DNA from: Gammaproteobacteria bacterium
Lineage (GTDB): Bacteria > Pseudomonadota > Gammaproteobacteria > Steroidobacterales > Rariloculaceae
Direction of reading: 5' to 3'
Length of the DNA stretch: 64,000 bases
NCBI GenBank assembly: GCA_050485685.1
Contig: JBJHBW010000002.1
Location: 11,959 to 75,958 of the forward strand
Shown: piece after piece, positions 1 to 10,357 of the stretch
How the letters are laid out: each line of letters starts with the position of its first letter
Numbering within the stretch: the first letter of the stretch is position 1
Made by a program: the position numbers and the translations under genes
Notes under the pieces: model-generated
Database searches by the model: none
Told to the model about the DNA's origin: nothing
What the model saw: the letters and a program-made list of their open reading frames with translations, nothing else

Positions 1-246
1 ATCACGTTCATGGCCGAAGCGCTGGCCGGCGTGCCGGAGAATCCTTTCGTGCAGCCACCGGGTATCGTGGAAGCGCGCATCAACCCGCGTACTGGTCTGA
101 TTGCCAGCGATGCCGCCACCGATACGCGGCTTGAGAAGTTCCAGATCGGGCGGCTGCCGGATCGTGAGCGCGCACCGGCATTCACGCCGCCGGGCAGCAC
201 CGGAGGCAGTCAGCCACCGCCGCGGTCGGTCGATCCCCTGTTCTGA
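1..246 (+). CDS. mrcA: Penicillin-binding protein 1A, C-terminal end only (5' part lies upstream of the window)
   Basis: Frame is open from base 1 to the stop at 244-246. Tail 'ALAGVPENPFVQPPGIVEARINPRTGL' plus a Pro/Gly-rich end resembles class A PBP C-termini. Recognised by eye only. Confidence 0.6.
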   Translation: MTFMAEALAGVPENPFVQPPGIVEARINPRTGLIASDAATDTRLEKFQIGRLPDRERAPAFTPPGSTGGSQPPPRSVDPLF

Positions 247-263
247 CCCGGGCCTGCGCCCAT

Positions 264-893
264 ATGTCCCGACGTCGCTCGCGACACCTGAAGCCCTCGG
301 CAACCGGCCTTGCCGGCTTACGCGAACGCCTGGCGCAGGAGGCAGCGCGCCTGATCGTCGAGCACGGCATTGCCGACTACGGGCACGCGAAACGCAAGGC
401 GGCCGAAAGACTGGGCGTCAGCGAGTCCGGGGCACTGCCCAGCAACGCGCATATCGAAGCCAGCGTTGCGGAAAGGCAGCGCATATTCGCACCGTCCGAC
501 CATGACAACCGTCTGGTACAGCTTCGGCAACTGGCCGCAGCCGTGATGGAAAGGCTGGAGCTGTTCCGCCCGCGCCTGGTCGGCGCGGTGCTGCAGGGCA
601 CCGCGACCATCAACTCTTCGGTGGAGCTGCACGTGTTCAGCGACACGCCGGAAGCGGTGGAGGCGGTACTGCGGCAGTACGGCCTCAATGTGCAGGACAC
701 CCAGCGTCGCCTGCGCTTCACTGCCGGTCAGGACCCTGCGCTGATCCCCGGCTACCGATTCGCCGCTGACGGCGAAGAGGTCATTGCGCTGGTATTCCCC
801 GAGCAGGGCCTGCGCCAGGCGCCATTGAGCCCGGTGGACCGCAAACCCATGCGCCGCGCGGCACGCGCCGAGGTACTGGCTCTGCTGGGTTGA
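264..893 (+). CDS. Conserved hypothetical protein with nucleotidyltransferase-fold-like core (S-x-E instead of D-x-D)
   Basis: 209-aa ORF with ATG start and coding-like composition. 'LVGAVLQGTATINSSVELHVF' aligns with the minimal NTase signature G-S-x4-G-x6-S-D-x-D. Confidence 0.6.
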   Translation: MSRRRSRHLKPSATGLAGLRERLAQEAARLIVEHGIADYGHAKRKAAERLGVSESGALPSNAHIEASVAERQRIFAPSDHDNRLVQLRQLAAAVMERLELFRPRLVGAVLQGTATINSSVELHVFSDTPEAVEAVLRQYGLNVQDTQRRLRFTAGQDPALIPGYRFAADGEEVIALVFPEQGLRQAPLSPVDRKPMRRAARAEVLALLG

Positions 894-924
894 CCACAAT
901 CCGGACAGGCCCGAAAGTGTCGCC

Positions 925-1386
925 ATGAAACCGTTTCGCCACATCGCATTGACCTTGCTGTTGCCGCTGGCCGCACTGGCGGTCGGGGACGCGGCGCGTG
1001 CTCAGGCAGCTACGCTGTTTCCTGGACTCGCCACCGCCCCTGAAGAAGACTTCACCTGGGTCTGGGGTAATTTCGACAGGGCCCTGCAGGGCTTCTCCTC
1101 GGATCTGATGATGGAGGGCACGGATCAGGAGTTTGCGTGCCGCATGACGGTACGGCTTGCAACTTCGCACCGACTCACGGACACGGAGCGGGCACAGCTT
1201 GAGCGCGACGTGGAGCGCAGCAGCAGCTTCATCCGCGGTGCTTCAGATGCGATCAATTTCCTGCATCAGCGCCGCGATGTGGACTGGGCACGCCTGGATT
1301 GTGCCCGTGATGAAGCGGCCGACGCGCGTCAGCGCGATTCCATCATCGACCAGCGGCTGCAGCGCCGGGTCCGGCCGATACGTTAG
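925..1386 (+). CDS. Secreted hypothetical protein
   Basis: 153-aa ORF with a Sec-type signal peptide 'MKPFRHIALTLLLPLAALAVGDAARAQA'. No recognisable domain. Confidence 0.5.
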   Translation: MKPFRHIALTLLLPLAALAVGDAARAQAATLFPGLATAPEEDFTWVWGNFDRALQGFSSDLMMEGTDQEFACRMTVRLATSHRLTDTERAQLERDVERSSSFIRGASDAINFLHQRRDVDWARLDCARDEAADARQRDSIIDQRLQRRVRPIR

Positions 1387-1470
1387 CTGGACGCTGGCGA
1401 CTGGCAGACGGGCGTATCGCCCGGGACCACCGGATGCTCTGGTGATCGTTACGCCAGCCCGCCATGCTTC

Positions 1471-1884
1471 TCACCAGCAACCATTGGCGCCCAGAGAGCC
1501 GGTAGCGCCGCGGGTGCCGTTCTGCGTCAGCGACAGCGTGCCGCATCGGGAGTCCCCGGCTTGTGGCCCCTGCGGCGTTGCCGTCAGTGTATAGGCGGTG
1601 GCAGTCTGCGCTGTGGCCGCAATGGCATAGAAACCATCGGGCGACGTGGCCGGGAACACACACCCCACATAGGTGTTGTTCTGCGTATAGCAGCGCTCCA
1701 GCCGTTGCGAAGCGTCGAGCAATGCGCTCTGACCGTCCGCACGCCGCGTACGTTCGACGTACTGCGTGTAGGACGGATAGGCGATCGCCGCCAGCAGCGC
1801 GATGATCACGACGACGATCATCAGCTCGATCAGCGTGATGCCACGCTGCCCCCGGTAGACCGTCCAGCCATCCGCCTGCTGCAT
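1471..1884 (-). CDS. pilE: Type IV pilin-like protein PilE
   Basis: Prepilin N-terminus '[28 protein letters not shown]' with Glu+5, and C-terminal Cys pair. Start taken at ATG 1884, just downstream of the pilY1 stop; the longer track ORF to 1947 overlaps pilY1. Last gene of the minor-pilin operon. Confidence 0.8.
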   Translation of the reverse strand: MQQADGWTVYRGQRGITLIELMIVVVIIALLAAIAYPSYTQYVERTRRADGQSALLDASQRLERCYTQNNTYVGCVFPATSPDGFYAIAATAQTATAYTLTATPQGPQAGDSRCGTLSLTQNGTRGATGSLGANGCW

Positions 1885-1922
1885 CGGGCTGCCACCGCCG
1901 CTTGTCTGTAAGCGGCCAATCA

Positions 1923-4900
1923 TTACTGGGGCACCAGATCGATCCACGACCGGCGTCCGGGCTGGTAGTTCGGGCCCAGCGACGGCAGCAGGTCGCGTTC
2001 GATGTCAATGACTTCAACCGGCGTACCGTCGACCAGCTCAGTTCCCACGCCACCGCGGTCGATTGCTATCAGGTGATGCTCCTGAAGCTGACGGGAATTC
2101 GGCACGTAATGACGCAACCGATGGTAGGTGGCGATATTGGGATGCTCCAGGAACATCGCGGCTAGTGCCTCAAGGGCAGCTTCGACGATTTCCATATTGT
2201 CCGAGCGCAACTCCTGTAGCAGGCGCACATACTCCTGCTGAAGTTCATCGGTAAAGTTCGATGTGAGCTGCTGGTAGGCGCCCGGAGTAAACCAATCGGT
2301 TTCAAACATCAAAGCGGGTCCGGTGTAGTTGCCGGCGCCATAACAGGCCGAAGTGACCGGGTTACCGCCACCCTGCTGCTGGAAGCGGGTCATGTCACCC
2401 CAATGCCAGAACATGCTCAGCTCGTACAACATCCCGCTCAGTGCTGTGGCCGGTTGCGTCAGCCCGTCATGCAGCGGTACCACGGTCTGATTATTGCCAG
2501 AACCTGTGATTGTAAAGGCACGGGCATACGCACCGCCCCAGCCCGGATCCTGTCCCTCAATGCCGCTGCCCCGAGGCAGCTGGGCTTCCGGCTGCAGCTC
2601 GAATGCCGGATCGTTGTTCGAATCGACAGCAAGAATCTGTACCGTCAAAGCGCCATTTCGCCATCGATAGCCCTGACCTTCACGGTTTCGCGTCACATGG
2701 GGATCAGTGGCGTAGAGACCCACCGGATTGCCGAGATTATTCTTGCGTGTGAGGTGCGCATTCGGCGGACCGGCCTGATAGCGATCGGTATTGTTGACGC
2801 AGCCGGGCAGCGTTGCCACGGTCGCGTCCAAGGTTCCGACACGCTCGGTCGGCGTGATCCTGATCGTGCTCGGCAGCCCGGAATCCGGACAGATCGACGA
2901 TCCACTGGCCGGTCGGATCGGGTTGTAGCTGCCGTCCAGCGTAAAAATCAGCTGTTCGGCCTCCAATGCCGCTTTCGCCTGCGCGGGCGATTGACGCAGG
3001 ATCTGCATCATCATGGTCTGGTATTCGTACACAGGCCAGCTGCGGCAGCCAATCTGTATGACGTTTTCGCGCGAGAGATCGGCATTGGTAAGCATGACGA
3101 TAAAGCGCTGCCCGGAGCCGATTCCCACTTCCGTTACCCGATTCAGCTCCTGACGCGATTCCCAATCAACTGCAGGGCCTAGCTGCGGGTAGCTGTTGGC
3201 ACCAGCCCTGTATACCGAGCCTATATCCAGTCGAAGGGCACCACGCTGCGGCTCCAGATCAATCAGATCGACGTAATTCACGCCATGATGATGGTTGTAA
3301 GCATACGAGTGGCCATCCACGCGATGGCCGAGGCCGTCCGCGCGTACCAGCGGTTTGGTCGGTCCACTGGCTTCTGGAAACTGGCGATTGCCAAACGGTT
3401 CCCGCCAGGGCTCATTCCAAGCCTCGCTGGCTGGTGATGCGTACGGCGTACCATACGAAGAACCGAAGGCGCTGTCTGTCATCACATCGATCGGTCCATG
3501 TGCAGGCTCCGAGGGCGGATCGATCAGCGGCAGCTGAAGGGCATTGATGTATACGCCATCGACAACCGAACGCAGCGCCTGCGTGAATCGCACGCGCGCA
3601 AATGCCGGCTGCGCGATATGAAACGCACCGAGATTGACGCCAATCGGAAACGTACCGGCAGGAATCGTATTGCCACCGACAATCAACTCGGCCGGCGCGC
3701 CATCGTTGTCGTCGAGGATGCAATTCCGGTTCATGTCAAACAAGGACACGGGCCTACTGGCATTCCCGCCGCTGGCCAGATCCAGCTGCAGAATCCAGCT
3801 ACCGGCCTGAGGCTCCATGATGCGGTCAAGATCAGACATGTCATACGGATTCGTAGTCACGAACTGAACACGCCCGGCACGAACCTGTGGATGGCCGATC
3901 AGCCTCTCGCCCGCTCTCGGCAGATTGACACGCCAACCGAGATTTGGCGTGCTGCCGGACCAAACGGGTGTCTGCGGATCGGCGACGAAACGCACCGTGG
4001 ATTCTGCCGTTTCTGACTCCACGGCGGCACAGTAATTGACGGCTTCCGGAGGAACGGGCCAGGACACGGTTGCCGACACCAGTGACTGAACCACCAGCCT
4101 GTCGTCGGTAATTGTGGCGCCGTCACCGCGATCCCACAGGCCGTATACGGCCTGTGTCGCCGTGTTCTGAATATCGGCACCGCTCAACAGACTCCCGGTG
4201 CCGAAAAAGACCATGAATCCCTGCTGCGTGTCCGGATGGCGGGCGACGTCGGGCTCGACGGTAATCGGGCGATTCGTGCCCGCCGAAAACAGTCTCGTGA
4301 CGGAGTTGTCGCTGAGATTGAATCTCCAGAGGTTGCCTTGCAGGTCACCCGCGTAGGCGACATCGGCAACGCCATTCCCGGTGGTATCGACCAGTGATGG
4401 CGCTGAAAGTCCGTTTTCTGTAGTGCCATCGGTCGGAATAAATTGTGGTGCACTGCCGTCAAGCGGAATAACCACCAGCTGCGCGGTGCCGGCGTCGCTG
4501 GCGTAGCCATTGCCTGTGATCACGGCCCAACGTGAGTTATTCGTGCCGTCCGGAACACGAGCTATCGTCGGCCGTCCACGAATGTGGCCAATTCGAGAAT
4601 CGTAGCTGCCGCCGATATAATCATCGTTGCTGCCCGCCAGCTCGCGCAACACGGATGGGTTGTCAGGCGTTGTGACGTCAAGCACGAACAGACCCTTGCC
4701 ACCGGCACCCAATCCACCGGTGACGATGTGCTGCGGAGTTGACGTCGTACCGATATCACGATGTCGCAGTTCCCCATCCACAAAATGTGTGGGCTGATAC
4801 GGAGAAATTCGCAGCAGCCCCACGCGCCCCATCAGCATGGACGGCACGTAGCCGAAGACTTCGGTGCCATCTGCCGCGCTGAAACCGTGCAGCATGCCGT

Positions 4901-5642
4901 CGTTGGCGCCCACGACAACGAGTCCGTCGGATCCGGCCGGCACATATACCGGCAGCGAATTCACGATCGCGCCGAGCACACTGAACCGCCAGCGATAGAT
5001 GCCAGCGTTCTTGCAGCGCTCAAGACTTCGATCGCCGCGGATGAAGTTCAGGATCGGGCTATCCCATGCATCCGGGTCATCTTCGTCTGCCCACGGTGTT
5101 GCCGCGTCCAGCGTCTGACGCTGCGATTCGGATAGTTCATCCCACTGGAACGGTACCTTCTGCCCGCCGGACATCGTAAAGATATTGCGTCCCTGCCAGA
5201 AAAGCGGGTCCTCTTCTGTGCATTCCCAACCTTCCGCCATTTCCTCGGTCAGGTCGTACCATTGATAATCGGGAAACGAATACCGTGCGCTCCACAGGTC
5301 CTGACTTCCGCGCCAGTTTTCGCCGTCCCGAGGATACAGACCTATGTCACCGCGGGTCAGACGCACGCCGTCACTGGTTATCTCGTATTCGATCAGATCG
5401 CCGGTCCAGGACCCGCTTTCGAACCAGGGACGATAGGCACGTGTGCCACCCTGCTCGTTGCCGACCCGCGGCTCGAGGTTTGAACTCTGCAGCGTGTACG
5501 GGGCCAGCGTCATGAACGGCTCGGTGGTCGGGTTGACCGTGGCCTGGCCAAAAGCAACCGTGGTGAAGGCTGCCGCCGACAACACCGTCATGACACGGGT
5601 GCAGAGCGCGGAGTTTTTCATCTGAAAAGTTCTTTTCATCAT
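1923..5642 (-). CDS. pilY1: Type IV pilus tip-associated adhesin/biogenesis factor PilY1
   Basis: 1239-aa ORF with signal peptide '...[14 protein letters not shown]'. Conserved '[10 protein letters not shown]' and PilY1 propeller signature '[20 protein letters not shown]'. Located between pilX and pilE. Confidence 0.85.
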   Translation of the reverse strand: MMKRTFQMKNSALCTRVMTVLSAAAFTTVAFGQATVNPTTEPFMTLAPYTLQSSNLEPRVGNEQGGTRAYRPWFESGSWTGDLIEYEITSDGVRLTRGDIGLYPRDGENWRGSQDLWSARYSFPDYQWYDLTEEMAEGWECTEEDPLFWQGRNIFTMSGGQKVPFQWDELSESQRQTLDAATPWADEDDPDAWDSPILNFIRGDRSLERCKNAGIYRWRFSVLGAIVNSLPVYVPAGSDGLVVVGANDGMLHGFSAADGTEVFGYVPSMLMGRVGLLRISPYQPTHFVDGELRHRDIGTTSTPQHIVTGGLGAGGKGLFVLDVTTPDNPSVLRELAGSNDDYIGGSYDSRIGHIRGRPTIARVPDGTNNSRWAVITGNGYASDAGTAQLVVIPLDGSAPQFIPTDGTTENGLSAPSLVDTTGNGVADVAYAGDLQGNLWRFNLSDNSVTRLFSAGTNRPITVEPDVARHPDTQQGFMVFFGTGSLLSGADIQNTATQAVYGLWDRGDGATITDDRLVVQSLVSATVSWPVPPEAVNYCAAVESETAESTVRFVADPQTPVWSGSTPNLGWRVNLPRAGERLIGHPQVRAGRVQFVTTNPYDMSDLDRIMEPQAGSWILQLDLASGGNASRPVSLFDMNRNCILDDNDGAPAELIVGGNTIPAGTFPIGVNLGAFHIAQPAFARVRFTQALRSVVDGVYINALQLPLIDPPSEPAHGPIDVMTDSAFGSSYGTPYASPASEAWNEPWREPFGNRQFPEASGPTKPLVRADGLGHRVDGHSYAYNHHHGVNYVDLIDLEPQRGALRLDIGSVYRAGANSYPQLGPAVDWESRQELNRVTEVGIGSGQRFIVMLTNADLSRENVIQIGCRSWPVYEYQTMMMQILRQSPAQAKAALEAEQLIFTLDGSYNPIRPASGSSICPDSGLPSTIRITPTERVGTLDATVATLPGCVNNTDRYQAGPPNAHLTRKNNLGNPVGLYATDPHVTRNREGQGYRWRNGALTVQILAVDSNNDPAFELQPEAQLPRGSGIEGQDPGWGGAYARAFTITGSGNNQTVVPLHDGLTQPATALSGMLYELSMFWHWGDMTRFQQQGGGNPVTSACYGAGNYTGPALMFETDWFTPGAYQQLTSNFTDELQQEYVRLLQELRSDNMEIVEAALEALAAMFLEHPNIATYHRLRHYVPNSRQLQEHHLIAIDRGGVGTELVDGTPVEVIDIERDLLPSLGPNYQPGRRSWIDLVPQ

Positions 5643-5653
5643 TCACCTCCGGC

Positions 5654-6166
5654 CTACATGTCAGGCGCGGCCAGCGTCACATAAAGGGATTGCACGATGC
5701 GCAGCCCGCCACGGTCGTCATCGTCCCGCTCCTCGCGGGCAGACACGCGAAAAATGTGCATCAGGCTGTCTTCGAATCCGCCGCCCTCGGCAACCGACTC
5801 GCCCGGCACCAGAAACTCGCCCATGTACTCGATTACGAAAGCGTTCGGCCAGACCTGATCGAAGTCGGCGGCCGGAAACTCGTCATCGGGATCGGCATCC
5901 AGATTGAAGTAGTAGTTACGGGTGCCAACACCGCCAGCGACCAGTGCTTCGACGTCGAACTCTCCGGCCAGCAGCTGGTTCTCCGCCTCCGCAAGAATTG
6001 CGGTCTGCTGCTGATAGCTGGCCGACATCAGACCCTGCATGATCGAAGAATTCACGACGGTGACGCCGATCACGGTGAGCACCATGAGCAGAATCAGCGA
6101 AACCACCAGCACCATGCCACGCGAGCGGCGCGGGAGAGAGGGGCTGATATCGTAATGATTGCTCAT
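5654..6166 (-). CDS. pilX: Type IV minor pilin/assembly protein PilX
   Basis: 170 aa with N-terminal hydrophobic segment 'GMVLVVSLILLMVLTVIGVTVVNSS' typical of the PilX N-domain. Position between pilW and pilY1. Confidence 0.7.
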   Translation of the reverse strand: MSNHYDISPSLPRRSRGMVLVVSLILLMVLTVIGVTVVNSSIMQGLMSASYQQQTAILAEAENQLLAGEFDVEALVAGGVGTRNYYFNLDADPDDEFPAADFDQVWPNAFVIEYMGEFLVPGESVAEGGGFEDSLMHIFRVSAREERDDDDRGGLRIVQSLYVTLAAPDM

Positions 6167-6171
6167 GCGCG

Positions 6172-7152
6172 TTACCTGACAATGTTGTTACGCAGCATCA
6201 CGGTGCTGACATACAGCTGACGGCGGAAATCCGGTGCGGCCGGCACGGTCACATCGCCCATCGTGTAAGTCGCATCGTTGCCGAGACCAAATTCCGGGCA
6301 CTCGCCGCGCATGAGCAGCCAGACGCGCACCGCCGAGACGTTCGGCCAGTCCGCCGCAGCAACGGCATTGGCATCCACGTAGGTGTCGTTGAGCAGATAA
6401 CGAACCTGCAACTGTTCTGCACCAGAGACCAGCTCCTCGGAGACCGGGTTGCCGGTATCGGGGTTGAGCCGGACCCTGAACAAGGCGGGGATTGCATCGC
6501 CGGACTGGCACACGCGCCCGCTGTCGCCTATGTAATAGGCATTGGAGACCAGCGGACGGACTACCGGTTGCAGATGATCGGCAGCGTTCAGTATCTCGGC
6601 AGGGGGCGTGTTACCGGGCTGGTTCTGCGCAGAGCCTGTCATCACCCAGCCGACGAACATGGTGCCGCGAAGATAGAGACCGCCGTTGTTCGGTACCGCG
6701 CCGGTCAGTGCCGGCCCCGAGTAGCGGACAGTGAGAATGTCTGAGCCCGCCTGATAGCCCGGTACGCAGGCCACGTATCCTGCATTGGTGTTGTTCAGGC
6801 CGGATACACGCCAGTCGATCATCCGTCCCCAGGTGTTGTTGTTGGCACAGTTCAGCGCAGGCACTGCCGGGCCCGGATCGCCAACGTGGGTCGCCAGATC
6901 CGCATTACCGCCCCAGTAGCCGGCACGGCGCAGATCCGTGGTGATGATGTCCATCGCGATCCGGCCGCCTTCCTGCATGCGCGCCAGCCTGTCCTGCGCG
7001 TCAAAGGACTGCTTGCTGCTCAGATACACCTGAATCACACCACCGAGCAGCAGCAGAGCAACGACAATCGCAACCATCAGTTCAATAAGCGAGAAACCGC
7101 CCGCTCGGGCGGCGTCTGCAATGTTGCGCCGTGTTGTTGTGCGTCCGGTCAT
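6172..7152 (-). CDS. pilW: Type IV minor pilin PilW
   Basis: Prepilin motif 'AGG/FSLIELMVAIVVALLLLGG' then 'QSFDAQDRLARMQEGGRIAMDII' typical of PilW. 326 aa. Confidence 0.8.
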   Translation of the reverse strand: MTGRTTTRRNIADAARAGGFSLIELMVAIVVALLLLGGVIQVYLSSKQSFDAQDRLARMQEGGRIAMDIITTDLRRAGYWGGNADLATHVGDPGPAVPALNCANNNTWGRMIDWRVSGLNNTNAGYVACVPGYQAGSDILTVRYSGPALTGAVPNNGGLYLRGTMFVGWVMTGSAQNQPGNTPPAEILNAADHLQPVVRPLVSNAYYIGDSGRVCQSGDAIPALFRVRLNPDTGNPVSEELVSGAEQLQVRYLLNDTYVDANAVAAADWPNVSAVRVWLLMRGECPEFGLGNDATYTMGDVTVPAAPDFRRQLYVSTVMLRNNIVR

Positions 7153-7616
7153 CAGATCTCTATGTTGAGCACGAAGGTCCAGGGGTCGTCAGGGTCCGCG
7201 GTCTGCGTATCCAGCCATTCGATCGTGATCGTGTAACGCTCCACCGCACCGTTGACGACGCGTGCAATGCGACCGACGCCACCGGGCAGCAGGGTCTCGA
7301 TCGAACACGACCATTCTCCGAGATCCGCATCCTCCAGCGGCGTGGTGGGAACAGGGTCCGGGCAGTCGGTAACGAATCCCGCATACGTGGCACCGGCATC
7401 CGGATTCGCTCGGATTCGGTCCGCCATGTCATACGCGAGCATGCTGGCCTGTGACGTCAGCGATGCGCCATGCGTGCTGCGCAGTCCTATGCTCTGCAGA
7501 CCCGCCAACCCAAGCAGACCGATGGACAGCACGAGCAGCGCGATCAACACCTCCAGCAGCGTGAAACCGCGCTGCAGATGCTGACGTAGGCTATGTGACT
7601 GAATGTTCCGAGGCAT
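7152..7616 (-). CDS. pilV: Type IV minor pilin PilV
   Basis: Prepilin motif 'QRG/FTLLEVLIALLVLSIGLLGLAGLQ'. 154 aa. 1-nt stop/start overlap with pilW. Confidence 0.8.
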   Translation of the reverse strand: MPRNIQSHSLRQHLQRGFTLLEVLIALLVLSIGLLGLAGLQSIGLRSTHGASLTSQASMLAYDMADRIRANPDAGATYAGFVTDCPDPVPTTPLEDADLGEWSCSIETLLPGGVGRIARVVNGAVERYTITIEWLDTQTADPDDPWTFVLNIEI

Positions 7617-7633
7617 GGTGCAATCCGCGCGAC

Positions 7634-8119
7634 TCAGGCGCAGGCCTCGCGTGTGGTAACTACCTGACCGGCGGCAGTCACCTGCACTCGGCGACGCTGT
7701 GTCCCCGTGCAGTTTGAATAAGGCTGCAGATCGAATGTCGCAACGCCAGCTGGCGCGCCGTTCGCACCGAACGTCACCGTGACATCATCCATCAGCGTGA
7801 CGTTGCTGGCCGGTCGCTGTATCACGCGCAACTCGTTACCGCCCACCGTCACCGTGGCAGCCCAGCCGTTACCGGACTCCGTCACCGCAACAGCAACATT
7901 ACGGCCACGCTTTATGGCTTCGGATCGCGCGAGGTTGATCGCGGTGACGAGTTCATTGGTCTGCGCCGTGACGCGATTGTTACGGACGATCTCGGTAAAC
8001 CCGGGAACGCCGACCGTGACCAGCACACCGGCCACCGCCAGCGTCACCATCAGCTCGAGTACGGTGAAGCCGCGGTTCGAACGGCTGTCGAGACGGTTGA
8101 TGGTGTTGCGGGGAATCAA
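7634..8119 (-). CDS. fimT: GspH/FimT-family type IV minor pilin (FimT/FimU)
   Basis: Prepilin motif 'NRG/FTVLELMVTLAVAGVL' followed by 'PGFTEIVRNNRVTAQTNELVTAINLARSEAIKR' (GspH/FimT-like). First gene of the operon. Confidence 0.75.
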   Translation of the reverse strand: MIPRNTINRLDSRSNRGFTVLELMVTLAVAGVLVTVGVPGFTEIVRNNRVTAQTNELVTAINLARSEAIKRGRNVAVAVTESGNGWAATVTVGGNELRVIQRPASNVTLMDDVTVTFGANGAPAGVATFDLQPYSNCTGTQRRRVQVTAAGQVVTTREACA

Positions 8120-8158
8120 AGTCGTCTGCCTCAGCGTAAGCCCGTGCCACAGCGAAAT

Positions 8159-8195
8159 CCGCAGGGCGCACGCTTGTTACTTTAAGCCCCTGCGG
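8159..8195 (-). terminator. Hairpin between gltA 3' end and fimT start (possible gltA terminator)
   Basis: 'CCGCAGGGC'...18-nt loop...'GCCCCTGCGG' about 90 nt downstream of the gltA stop, with a short TTT run after it on the minus strand. Function not proven. Confidence 0.3.
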
Positions 8196-8283
8196 CTCAA
8201 TGTACAGAGGCTAGGCTTCGCTCAGACCCAGGTCGTTGAACTGGATCACAGATTCCTCGCGCTCAAGCGGTTATGGAAAACTG

Positions 8284-9603
8284 TCAGGCCTTCCCGGCCG
8301 CGCCGGAACGCCCATCTATGCTTACATAATCCCGCTTGCCCGGGCCCACATAGAGCTGCCGCGGACGGCCGATGCGTGAAGAGGGATCGGCGACCATTTC
8401 TCGCCAGTGCGTGACCCAGCCGACACAGCGCGCGATCGCGAACATCACCGTGAACATGGATTTCGGAATCCCCAGCGCGCGATAGATGATGCCGGAATAG
8501 AAATCGACATTGGGATAGAGATTCTTCTCAATGAAGTATTCGTCCTTGAGTGCGAACTCTTCGAGCCTCAACGCGAGCTCAAACAACGGCGAGTCGTTGG
8601 CGTGGCCCAGACTCTCCAGCACTTCATGACACGTCTTGCGGATGATGGTCGCGCGCGGATCGTAGCTCTTGTAAACGCGATGCCCGAAACCCATCAGCCG
8701 GAACGGGTCGTTCTTGTCCTTGGCCCGCGCCACGAACTTGCCGATATTCTCCGGCTTGCCTATGGCTTCCAGCATGTTGATCACCGCCTCGTTGGCACCG
8801 CCGTGTGCGGGACCCCAGAGCGCCGACATGCCGGCCGCAATGGCCGAATACGGGTTGGTGCCGGAACTGCCGGCCAGCCGTACCGTGGAGGTGCTGCAGT
8901 TCTGTTCGTGGTCGGCATGCAGGATGAACAGCAGATCCAGCGCGCGCGCCGCTACAGGCTCGACCACATACGGGTCGGACGGAACCGCGAAGAACATGTG
9001 CAGCAGGTTGCTGCAGTAATCCAGACGGTTACGCGGATAGACGAACGGCTGTCCCAGTGAATGCTTGTAGGCGGCCGCGGCGATCGTCGGCAACTTGGCA
9101 ATGATGCGATGCGCGAAAATGTCACGATCTTCAGGATCGCGGATGTCGGTGCTGTCGTGATAAAACGCCGACATCGATGCCACGACACCGCACACCATCG
9201 CCATCGGGTGAGCGTTGTGGTGAAAACCGTTGAAAAAACGCAGCAACGATTCGTTGATCATCGTATGCGTGCGTATGGAATGGTCGAAGCTGTCCAGCTG
9301 CTCGCTGTTCGGCAGTTCGCCATGCAGCAGCAGATAGGCCACCTCGATGAAGCTGGACTGCTCGGCCAGCTGTTCTATCGGATAACCGCGATACAGCAGC
9401 ACACCGGATTCACCATCGATATAGGTGATCGTGCTCGAGCAGCTGGCCGTGGCCGCAAATCCGGGATCGAAGGTGAATACGCCTTTGCCGGCATACAGTC
9501 CGGTGACATCGACAACGCCTGGACCCAGTGTGGGCTCCCGCAGTGGCAGCTCCATTGATTCGCCCGATTGCGAATCCATCAAGGTATAGCGCTTGTCAGT
9601 CAT
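8284..9603 (-). CDS. gltA: Citrate synthase
   Basis: Motifs '[14 protein letters not shown]', '[12 protein letters not shown]' and 'GPAHGGANE'. Start set to ATG 9603 ('[10 protein letters not shown]...'); the 38 upstream codons in the track ORF look non-coding. Confidence 0.9.
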   Translation of the reverse strand: MTDKRYTLMDSQSGESMELPLREPTLGPGVVDVTGLYAGKGVFTFDPGFAATASCSSTITYIDGESGVLLYRGYPIEQLAEQSSFIEVAYLLLHGELPNSEQLDSFDHSIRTHTMINESLLRFFNGFHHNAHPMAMVCGVVASMSAFYHDSTDIRDPEDRDIFAHRIIAKLPTIAAAAYKHSLGQPFVYPRNRLDYCSNLLHMFFAVPSDPYVVEPVAARALDLLFILHADHEQNCSTSTVRLAGSSGTNPYSAIAAGMSALWGPAHGGANEAVINMLEAIGKPENIGKFVARAKDKNDPFRLMGFGHRVYKSYDPRATIIRKTCHEVLESLGHANDSPLFELALRLEEFALKDEYFIEKNLYPNVDFYSGIIYRALGIPKSMFTVMFAIARCVGWVTHWREMVADPSSRIGRPRQLYVGPGKRDYVSIDGRSGAAGKA

Positions 9604-9816
9604 GCATCGCACCTGGCATCTGAAGTCACTCGTTCTTGGCTCCGCCCGCGGACACGAACGGAACGTGGGTACGGCGTGGCGCCCGACCGCGACGTTCAGT
9701 CGACGGAAAAGACGCAAGTCACGGCATTATAGCAACGCGCTGGAGCCGTCCAAGCCTTCAGATCAGCGCGCGGGCGATCGGACCCGCGCCAACCGCCACA
9801 ATGACTGTAACCAGGG

Positions 9817-10029
9817 TTACTTGGCGGCCGACATACCGTAACGGCGGCGGAACTTGTCCACCCGGCCACCAGTGTCGACGATCTTCTGTTTGCCCGTATA
9901 GAACGGGTGGCAGGAAGAACAGACTTCAACCTGCAGGTCCTCGCCCAGCGTCGAGCGCGTGGAAAACTCGTTCCCGCAGCTGCACGAGATCTTGATTTCG
10001 CTGTATGTGGGGTGAATCTCGGGTTTCAT
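9817..10029 (-). CDS. rpmE: 50S ribosomal protein L31
   Basis: 70 aa 'MKPEIHPTY...CSCG...[13 protein letters not shown]', a zinc-ribbon type L31. Confidence 0.95.
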   Translation of the reverse strand: MKPEIHPTYSEIKISCSCGNEFSTRSTLGEDLQVEVCSSCHPFYTGKQKIVDTGGRVDKFRRRYGMSAAK

Positions 10030-10146
10030 GGTTCTTGCCGCCAGATCGGCGCGTGAATCGGCGCGTGAGGATAATCGCGCGGCCGGTCAAACACAAGCCG
10101 GTGACGGAGTTACCACGCCGCAGGGTGGCCGCATCGTCACTGAACC

Positions 10147-10167
10147 TGTGGATAACTCTGTGGAAAG
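10147..10167. promoter_or_regulatory. Pair of DnaA-box-like 9-mers upstream of rpmE
   Basis: 'TGTGGATAA' (10147-10155) is a perfect complement of the consensus TTATCCACA. 'TGTGGAAAG' (10159-10167) has one mismatch, in the same orientation 3 nt later. An AT-rich tract follows at about 10240-10290. Confidence 0.4.
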
Positions 10168-10357
10168 CCTCACGCTGCGCAAAGAACGCGCGGACCGTTT
10201 ACGCAGCCTCGCGGATGCGCGCAGGCACGCCGATTCTCAAATAATTTTTTATAAAACAATCGCTTGTTATTTCTTCTTGAACTGAGAGAACAGAAAAGGT
10301 CATCAACCGGGTCAATTATCAGCCGTGCGGCCGTGCTGTGCATAATCGGGCTGCGGT

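Noticed and set aside
8284-9717. N-terminal extensions of track ORFs. Affected genes: gltA to 9717, rpoZ from 14003, the aminotransferase from 36681, cytochrome c4 to 39903 and COX15 from 28703. Also argG to 51750, polA to 43584, argF' to 47044, pilE to 1947, and the 304-aa ORF at 27329-28243.
   Set aside because: The family-typical N-termini begin at internal starts, often with stop/start coupling to the neighbour. The extensions overlap adjacent genes or are Arg/Pro-rich non-coding-like sequence.
10005-10357. Possible replication origin or small CDS (79/85-aa track ORFs) in the rpmE-rdgB spacer, because of DnaA boxes and an AT-rich tract.
   Set aside because: There are only two DnaA-box-like 9-mers and no dnaA/dnaN/gidA context. 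The ORFs lack an RBS and have non-coding-like composition. Kept only as a low-interest regulatory observation.
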